From NCBI GenBank assembly GCA_003133025.1, contig PKZK01000132.1, positions 24,130-34,546 of the forward strand: DNA of 10,417 nt. The letters run 5' to 3'. Positions 1 through 5,739 of the stretch are shown piece by piece; positions within the stretch are counted from its first letter, which is position 1; each line of letters starts with the position of its first letter. Position numbers and translations under genes: made by a program. The notes beneath the pieces are model-generated. The model made no database searches and had not been told where the DNA came from. It saw nothing but the letters and a program-made list of their open reading frames with translations. Source of the stretch: Vulcanimicrobiota bacterium (GTDB lineage: Bacteria; Vulcanimicrobiota; Vulcanimicrobiia; Vulcanimicrobiales; Vulcanimicrobiaceae).

Positions 1-42
1 CAGGGCGGCGGCAGCAAAGATACCTGGGTGTTGCAAGGCTGA
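1..42 (+). CDS. 3' end (partial) of a circularly permuted type 2 ATP-grasp protein
   Basis: Frame 1 reads QGGGSKDTWVLQG* (TGA 40-42). (S)QGGGSKDTWVL is the characteristic C-terminal motif of this family. The stop overlaps the ATG of an alpha-E gene (TGATG), the usual gene order. Confidence 0.9.
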   Translation, partial: QGGGSKDTWVLQG

Positions 43-992
43 TGCTGAGCCGGGTAGCGGAATCGTTCTTTTGGCTGGGCCGCAACATCGAACGAGCCGA
101 GGCGGTGGCGCGCATCCTCGACGTCAACTACTCGCGCGCGATGGAACTCTCGGCGCGCCGGCCGGCGCGGGCCGAGCGGCTCTGGCGTTCGGTGATGGAG
201 TGCGCGGGCTTCAGGCCCAACGCGTCGATTCCGGCCGACGGTCGCGCCGCGATCGAATGCCTGAGCCACTGCGCCTTCGATCAGAAGAACCCGAGTTCGA
301 TCATGTCGACCGTGCGCATCGCGCGCAGCAACGCGCTGGGCATCCGTTCCGAACTGACGATGGAGGTGTGGGAAACGATCAACGTGCTCTACCTGTACGT
401 CGAGCGGCAGAACGTGCGCGGCGTGGCGCGCGAGGGTCCGTCCAAATTCATGCGCCGCGTGCGCGATTGGATGCAGGCCGTCGGCGGCATCGCCGACTCT
501 ACGATGACCCACGGCGACGGCTGGAATTTTCTGCAGGCGGGCCGCTTCCTCGAGCGCGCCTACATGACGGCGCGGGTGCTCGAAGCGGTCGACATCTCGC
601 TCGAAGGCTGGCGCGAGTCGCAACGTCTGCTCGAGATGTGTTGCGCCAGCGTGCCCTTCGTGCAGGCCTCGCACCGTTCGCCCGAGGCCTACGACGCCGT
701 GGAATTCATCGCGCTCTCGCCCGACTTTCCGCGCTCGCTGCGCTTCTGCGTGCGCGAACTCGACACCGCGATGCACCGCATCTCGGGCAACCCCGAGGGC
801 ACCTACGGCAGCCCGGCGGAGCGCCGCTTGGGACGTCTGCGCGCGCTCTTCGACTTCACCTCGATCGACGAGATCGCGCTGCCGGGCGTTCGCGTCTTCG
901 CCTCAAACGTACGGCGCGAGTTGGAGTTACTCTCGCACGATATCGAGCACTCGTACTTCCCACGCCTCGCCGCCGCGGCGGTCGGTGCCTGA
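42..992 (+). CDS. Alpha-E domain-containing protein (DUF403-like)
   Basis: The N-terminus MLSRVAESFFWLGRNIERAE, the internal ARSNA..IRSELTMEVWE, the second ER motif GRFLERAYMTAR and FPRSLRFC are typical of alpha-E proteins. The gene lies between ATP-grasp and transglutaminase genes with TGATG overlaps at both ends. Confidence 0.93.
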   Translation: MLSRVAESFFWLGRNIERAEAVARILDVNYSRAMELSARRPARAERLWRSVMECAGFRPNASIPADGRAAIECLSHCAFDQKNPSSIMSTVRIARSNALGIRSELTMEVWETINVLYLYVERQNVRGVAREGPSKFMRRVRDWMQAVGGIADSTMTHGDGWNFLQAGRFLERAYMTARVLEAVDISLEGWRESQRLLEMCCASVPFVQASHRSPEAYDAVEFIALSPDFPRSLRFCVRELDTAMHRISGNPEGTYGSPAERRLGRLRALFDFTSIDEIALPGVRVFASNVRRELELLSHDIEHSYFPRLAAAAVGA

Positions 993-1855
993 TGGAGTAC
1001 ACGATCGCGCACGAGACGGCCTATTCGTACGCCGAGCCCGTGCAAGAGAGTTACACGCTGCTGCACCTGCGGCCGCGCAGCGACGAGCACCAATTCTGTT
1101 CTAAGTACGAACTGCGCATCTCGCCCGCGGCGCGCGTCTTCGCGTATTTCGACCGCTTCGCCAACGAGGTGGAGCACTTCCAGATCCTGCGCGCGCACGA
1201 AAAACTCTCGATCACCACGCACTCCCAGATCGTCACCTTGTTACCCGCCGATCCCGCACCGCCCGACGGCGCGACGCGCGCGATTCTCGACGGCGATCCG
1301 GCGCTCGGCGAATATTGGGACTTTCTCCACGAGAGCGCCTACGTGCAATTCTCGCCCGAACTCGCCACCTTCTGGGCGGAACTCGAAGGCCCGGGCGAGG
1401 CGATCGGCACGTGGGCGCACCGCGTTTCCGCGCACATTCACGAGACGTTCGCCTACGATACCGATGCGACCAACGTGCGCACCAACGTACGCGGCGCGCT
1501 GGCCGCGCGCGCCGGCGTGTGTCAAGACTTCGCGCACGTGATGATCGCGGTGCTCCGCAGCGCGGGCATCCCGGCGCGCTACGCCAGCGGCTACATCTTC
1601 AGGGGCGACAGCACGATTCTCGGCGCCGAGGCGTCGCACGCCTGGTGCGAGGCGTATCTGCCGCCTTACGGCTGGGTCGGTTTCGACCCGACCAACGATC
1701 TCTTGATCAACGATCACTTCGTGCGGATCGCCATCGGTCGCGATTACGGCGACGTGAGCCCCGTGCGCGGCGTGTTTCGCGGGGCGAGCGAGAGCGAGAT
1801 GTCGGTCAACGTGGCCATGGACCGCCTGCCGCCCTCGCAACAGCAGCAACAATGA
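992..1855 (+). CDS. Transglutaminase-like family protein (Bact_transglu_N + Transglut_core), 287 aa
   Basis: The likely start is the ATG at 992 overlapping the alpha-E stop, giving the family-typical N-terminus MEYTIAHETAYSY. Catalytic triad motifs are GVCQDFAH (Cys at 1520), SHAWCE (His at 1637) and FDPTN (Asp at 1685), plus GIPARYASGY and GRDYGDVSP. The protein ends in QQQQQ. Confidence 0.95.
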   Translation: MEYTIAHETAYSYAEPVQESYTLLHLRPRSDEHQFCSKYELRISPAARVFAYFDRFANEVEHFQILRAHEKLSITTHSQIVTLLPADPAPPDGATRAILDGDPALGEYWDFLHESAYVQFSPELATFWAELEGPGEAIGTWAHRVSAHIHETFAYDTDATNVRTNVRGALAARAGVCQDFAHVMIAVLRSAGIPARYASGYIFRGDSTILGAEASHAWCEAYLPPYGWVGFDPTNDLLINDHFVRIAIGRDYGDVSPVRGVFRGASESEMSVNVAMDRLPPSQQQQQ

Positions 1856-1866
1856 AAGAGCGCTGA

Positions 1867-3105
1867 CTGCGCGCGATCTTCGCCGAGCGCGACTTCCTCG
1901 CGTACTTCGCGGCGCGTCAAGGAAACCGCCTCGCCGCGGGCATCGAGAACGTGGCGATCGGCTGGCAGATATTTCTGCTGCGGCACCAGCCCTTCGATCT
2001 CGGCCTGCTCGGACTCGTGCTCTTTCTGCCGCAGGCGCTCCTCGCGTTTCCCGCCGGCTTCATAGCCGACCGCTTCGACCGCCGCCTCGTCTGCATCGTC
2101 TGCGTGCTGGTGCAAGCGCTGACGATGGCGATGTTCGCCTGGCTCGCGCACACCGGCACCAAGTCGCTCGGCGTGTATCTGGCCGTTGCGGCTGTACTCG
2201 GCACCGCCTACGCCATCGACGCGCCTTCGGAGCGCTCGCTCCTGGCCACGATCGTGCACGGCGACAACTTTCTGCGCGCGCAAGCGCTGACGTCGTCGAT
2301 CAGCCAGTTCATCTCGATCTCGAGTCCCGCGCTCGGCGGCGCGCTACTCTTGCTCGGCACGCCGGTCGCGTTCGGTACGGCGGCCGTGGGCTATCTCGGC
2401 GTTGCTGCGGCGTTTGCCGTGTTACGTCCGCGCGGCGAGGCCAGCAGCGCGCTGACGATGCTGCAGGGCGCGGGCGAAGCGTTGCGCTTCATCCTCGCGC
2501 GCAAGGTGCTGCTCGGCGCGATCTCGCTCGATCTTTTCGCGGTGCTCTTCGGCGGTGCGACGGCGCTCTTGCCGGTGTACGCGGATAGCATCTTGCACGT
2601 CGGCCCGGCCGGTCTCGGCCTCTTGCGCAGCGCGCCCGCGCTCGGCTCGGCGCTGGTGGCCGCAATGCTGGTGCGGCGGCCGCTGCAGCGACACGTGGGC
2701 CGCACGCTCTTCCTCACCGTAGCGGGCTTCGGCGTCTCGACGATCGCGTTCGGCCTCTCGCGGAACCTGTGGCTCTCGCTGCTCGCGCTGGCCGCGACCG
2801 GCGGCTTCGACATGGTCAGCGTGGTCATCAGGGTCGGCATCGTGCAGTTGCGCACGCCCAACGCCCTGCGCGGCCGCGTCAGCGCGCTCGAAAACGTCTT
2901 CATCGGCGCCTCCAACGAACTCGGCGAATTCGAGTCGGGCACGCTGGCCCAATTTGCGGGCACGCCGGCCTCGGTCGTGATCGGCGGGATCGGCACGCTC
3001 GTGGTCATCGGGCTCTGGGCCGTCCTCTTCCCTCCGCTGCGCCGCTTCGACCGCATGGATGAGGCCGAGGAGGTGCAGCAGGAGGGCGCCGAAGCCCCAG
3101 ATTAG
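1867..3105 (+). CDS. MFS transporter (MFS_3 / H+ antiporter / EntS-like exporter type); start uncertain
   Basis: About 12 hydrophobic segments, motif A-like GFIADRFDRR, and family motifs SLDLFAVLFGGATALLP, TPNALRGRVS and FIGASNELGEFESG. The frame stays open upstream of the listed GTG 1951 back to 1867 (LRAIFAERDFLAYFAARQGNRLAAGIENVAIGWQ), which resembles the expected TM1 region. TGA at 1864-1866 separates this from ATG 1852. Confidence 0.88.
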   Translation: MRAIFAERDFLAYFAARQGNRLAAGIENVAIGWQIFLLRHQPFDLGLLGLVLFLPQALLAFPAGFIADRFDRRLVCIVCVLVQALTMAMFAWLAHTGTKSLGVYLAVAAVLGTAYAIDAPSERSLLATIVHGDNFLRAQALTSSISQFISISSPALGGALLLLGTPVAFGTAAVGYLGVAAAFAVLRPRGEASSALTMLQGAGEALRFILARKVLLGAISLDLFAVLFGGATALLPVYADSILHVGPAGLGLLRSAPALGSALVAAMLVRRPLQRHVGRTLFLTVAGFGVSTIAFGLSRNLWLSLLALAATGGFDMVSVVIRVGIVQLRTPNALRGRVSALENVFIGASNELGEFESGTLAQFAGTPASVVIGGIGTLVVIGLWAVLFPPLRRFDRMDEAEEVQQEGAEAPD

Positions 3106-3108
3106 AAT
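3103..3108 (+). promoter_or_regulatory. Candidate sigma70-type -10 element (TAGAAT)
   Basis: TAGAAT (TAnnnT) sits in a short AT-rich patch (ATTAGAATAGCATTAAT, 3101-3117) within otherwise GC-rich DNA. It is about 7 nt before the first base of the structured region. There is no recognisable -35. Confidence 0.35.
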
Positions 3109-3132
3109 AGCATTAATCCCGAGAGTGGCCCG

Positions 3133-3178
3133 CGCCGCTGCGGCGCACTCCCCTCCGCGCCGCGGCGGCGAATATTTT
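3133..3178 (+). terminator. Strong stem-loop, possible intrinsic terminator or attenuator
   Basis: CGCCGCTGCGGCGC (3133-3146) pairs fully with GCGCCGCGGCGGCG (3157-3170), giving 14 bp with one G-U and a 10-nt loop ACTCCCCTCC. It is followed by AATATTTT, an imperfect U-tract offset from the stem. Confidence 0.45.
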
Positions 3179-3216
3179 CGGCGGGAGCCCACTCGGGATG
3201 GCGAAAGCCAAGGCTC

Positions 3217-4311
3217 GTGCCGGCCCCGCTTCGTCCGCTCGGAATCTCGCAAGGCGTGGCCCATGCGGCGCTCGCCGGCCCCGAGGAACTCGCCCGCGCC
3301 GCGGGGCTCCCGACCGTGCTGCGCTTGGGCAGCAATGAGTCGCCCTTCGGCCCGTCTCCGAAAGCGCTAGCCGCAATCCGAGCCGCAGCCGCCGCTGAGA
3401 ACCGATACGGCGATCCGTCGCTGGCCGAGCTGCGCGCGGCCATCGCGGCGCACCACGGTGTGGCCGAGGCCAACGTCACGGTCGGCGCCGGCATCGACGA
3501 CCTGCTCGGCTGGATCGTCCGCGCCTACGTCGCACCGGGCGGCCCGACGATCGCCGGACTCGGCAGCTTCCCAACCTTCGAGATGCACGCAACGGGCTTC
3601 GGCACGCACCTGACCCGCGTGCCCTATCGCCCCGAGGCAAGGCTCGACCTCGACGGCTTCATCGCTGCCGCGCGTCGCGCGGGCGGCGGGCTGCTCTTCG
3701 TGCCCAACCCCGACAATCCGAGCGGCTCGGTGTATGCCTGGAGCGACATCGTCGCGTTTCTCGACGCGCTGCCCGACGACTCGCTCGTCATCCACGACGA
3801 AGCCTACGCCAACTTTCTTCCGCCCGAGCGCGCCTTTCCGCGCGACGCGATCGATCCGCGCATGATTCGGTTGCGCACGTTTTCGAAGGAATACGGTTTG
3901 GCCGGAGCCCGCGTCGGCTACGCGCTCGGTGCGCCCGAAGCGATCGCCGCGCTCGACGCGGTGCGCCTGCTCTACGGCATCTCGCGCACGTCGCAAGCCG
4001 CGGCCCTCGCCGCACTCGAGGACGGCGCATTCATCGCCGAGGTCGTGCGCGAGATAGCCGAAGGACGCGAGGAGTACCGCGCACTCGGCGAACGCATCGG
4101 CGCACCGACGCTGCCCTCCACGACCAACTTCGTCCTCTTCGACTTCGGCACGCCCGAGCGCGCGAAGTCGATCCTCGACGGCCTCTTACGCCGGGGCATC
4201 CACGTGCGCAAACCGGCGTTTCCGCCACTCGACACATACGTCCGCATCTCGGTCGGAGCAGACCATGAGCGGGCCCGCCTCGCCCGAGCGCTAACGGAGA
4301 TCATCGCATGA
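3217..4311 (+). CDS. PLP-dependent class I/II aminotransferase, histidinol-phosphate aminotransferase (HisC)-like
   Basis: Motifs LGSNESPFGPSPKA, YGDP, NPDNPSG, DEAY, RTFSKEYGLAGARVGY (PLP lysine) and YVRISVG. It is not in a his operon, so the substrate is unassigned. The GTG start lacks a well-spaced SD. Confidence 0.9.
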   Translation: MPAPLRPLGISQGVAHAALAGPEELARAAGLPTVLRLGSNESPFGPSPKALAAIRAAAAAENRYGDPSLAELRAAIAAHHGVAEANVTVGAGIDDLLGWIVRAYVAPGGPTIAGLGSFPTFEMHATGFGTHLTRVPYRPEARLDLDGFIAAARRAGGGLLFVPNPDNPSGSVYAWSDIVAFLDALPDDSLVIHDEAYANFLPPERAFPRDAIDPRMIRLRTFSKEYGLAGARVGYALGAPEAIAALDAVRLLYGISRTSQAAALAALEDGAFIAEVVREIAEGREEYRALGERIGAPTLPSTTNFVLFDFGTPERAKSILDGLLRRGIHVRKPAFPPLDTYVRISVGADHERARLARALTEIIA

Positions 4312-4781
4312 ACGAAGAGACCAAGGCCGAGACCTGCGGCGTGCCGTTTCCGCCGCCGCTCGTCTTCGGCGCGACTTTGGCGCTGGGGTTGGCGCTCGGA
4401 CGCAATGCCGAACTCGACCCGCACAACGCGGCCTATTCGCGCACGGCGGGTACCATTTCGCTGCTGGCCGGCGCGGCCGTGGGCGCTGCCGCGGTCCTGG
4501 GCATCAAACGTGCGGGCAGCGCGGTCAACGTCTACCGGCCGACGACGGCGCTCGTCACCACCGGCGCCTTTCGCTTTTCGCGCAATCCGGTGTACTTCGG
4601 CTTGACCGCCGCCTATCTCGGCATCGCGCTGCGTGCCCGCTCGATTCCGGCACTCGCGCTGCTACCCATCGCCCTTGCCTTGACCGACCGCCTCGTCGTG
4701 GATCCCGAAGAACGCTATCTCGAACGGCGCTTCGGCGACGAGTATCGCGCGTACCGCGACGCCGTCCCGCGCTGGTTCTGA
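4308..4781 (+). CDS. Isoprenylcysteine carboxylmethyltransferase / PEMT family membrane methyltransferase
   Basis: Motifs PPPLVF, LVTTGAFRFSRNPVYFG and EERYLERRFGDEYRAYRDAVPRW, with several TM segments. ATGA overlap with the aminotransferase stop. Confidence 0.92.
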   Translation: MNEETKAETCGVPFPPPLVFGATLALGLALGRNAELDPHNAAYSRTAGTISLLAGAAVGAAAVLGIKRAGSAVNVYRPTTALVTTGAFRFSRNPVYFGLTAAYLGIALRARSIPALALLPIALALTDRLVVDPEERYLERRFGDEYRAYRDAVPRWF

Positions 4782-4785
4782 AGCG

Positions 4786-5688
4786 ATGTCGCTGGACTTC
4801 TTCCCCGGCTTCGACGAACGGCGCATCGCGACGCCCGAAGCCGAGATCCACGCGCGCATCGGCGGCTCGGGCCCGCCGCTCGTGTGCCTGCACGGCTTTC
4901 CGCAGACGCACGTGGCCTGGCGCCACGTTGCAGCGTTGCTGGCCGCACGCTACACGGTGGTCGTGCCCGACCTGCGCGGCTACGGCGCGAGCGAAATCGT
5001 GGCGTCGGACGCGTCGCACGCCGCATACTCGAAGCGCGCGATGGCCCGCGATGTCATCGCGCTGATGGGAGCGCTCGGCTTCGAACGCTTCGCCGTTGCA
5101 GGCCACGACCGTGGTGGCCGCGTCGGCTACCGGCTCGCCCTCGACGCGCCGCAACGCGTGAGCGCATTGGCCACGCTCGACATCGTGCCCACGCTCGACA
5201 CGTGGGAAGCGATGGACTACCGCGCCGCGCAACGCACGTACCACTGGATGTTTCTCGCCCAGCCCGAGCCGTTGCCGGAGCGGCTGATCGGCGCCGATCC
5301 CGACTACTACTTGGATTGGACGATCGGGAGTTGGATCGAGAGCGACGACGCGATCGAGCCCGAAGCGATGCAGGCGTATCGCGACGCCTTCCGTCGGCCC
5401 GCCGCGATCCACGCGGCCTGCGAGGATTATCGCGCGGGCTTCAGCGTCGATGTCGAAAACGACCGCGCCGACCGGCAAGCCGGTCGACGCATCGCGTGCC
5501 CGGTGCTCGCCCTCTGGGGCGGGGGCCCGACGACGAAGAATGCGGGGTTCGATGCCTTGGGCATATGGCGCAGTTGGGCGAACGACGTGCGCGGCGAAGC
5601 CTTTCCCTGCGGCCATTTCCTGATGGAAGAGTTGCCCGCACGCACGGCGGACGCGCTCCTGGCCTTCTTCGGGCAAAGGGCACACTAG
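4786..5688 (+). CDS. Alpha/beta hydrolase, haloacetate (fluoroacetate) dehalogenase type
   Basis: Motifs LHGFPQTH, DLRGYG, YSKRAMARD, GHDRGGRV (Asp108 nucleophile, Arg109/Arg112), LDIVP (Asp132), YHW (His153/Trp154), CEDYRAG (Tyr215) and CGHF (His277). Confidence 0.9.
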   Translation: MSLDFFPGFDERRIATPEAEIHARIGGSGPPLVCLHGFPQTHVAWRHVAALLAARYTVVVPDLRGYGASEIVASDASHAAYSKRAMARDVIALMGALGFERFAVAGHDRGGRVGYRLALDAPQRVSALATLDIVPTLDTWEAMDYRAAQRTYHWMFLAQPEPLPERLIGADPDYYLDWTIGSWIESDDAIEPEAMQAYRDAFRRPAAIHAACEDYRAGFSVDVENDRADRQAGRRIACPVLALWGGGPTTKNAGFDALGIWRSWANDVRGEAFPCGHFLMEELPARTADALLAFFGQRAH

Positions 5689-5739
5689 AGCAGCAATCTC
5701 GGCAGTGGTGCGCACGCCGAGCGGCTAAATGGCTGCGCG

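Noticed and set aside
71..991. Apparent 307-aa N-terminal extension of the transglutaminase (594-aa ORF)
   Set aside because: It is an Arg/Ala/Gly-rich shadow frame lying wholly over the alpha-E gene. The family-typical N-terminus starts at the coupled ATG 992.
1864..1910. Selenocysteine or genome-wide recoding explanation for the in-frame TGA
   Set aside because: There is no convincing bacterial SECIS hairpin (the nearest stem has a CTTCC loop without G), and the position is not a catalytic Cys site. TGA serves as a normal stop in several other genes here.
3103..3216. MFS and aminotransferase share a reading frame separated by a single TAG (possible readthrough fusion)
   Set aside because: The intervening 37 codons are not protein-like and are better explained by RNA structure. 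A shared frame with no stop is unsurprising at this GC content.
3190..3216. Resemblance of GGATGGCGAAAGCCA to part of the SAM-III (SMK) riboswitch, and of GCCAAGGCTCG to the SAH riboswitch
   Set aside because: These are only short local matches. The remaining conserved cores and pairings of those families are absent.
3217..4311. Assigning the gene symbol hisC
   Set aside because: There are no neighbouring his genes, and the sequence looks like a HisC-like paralog subfamily, so specificity cannot be inferred.
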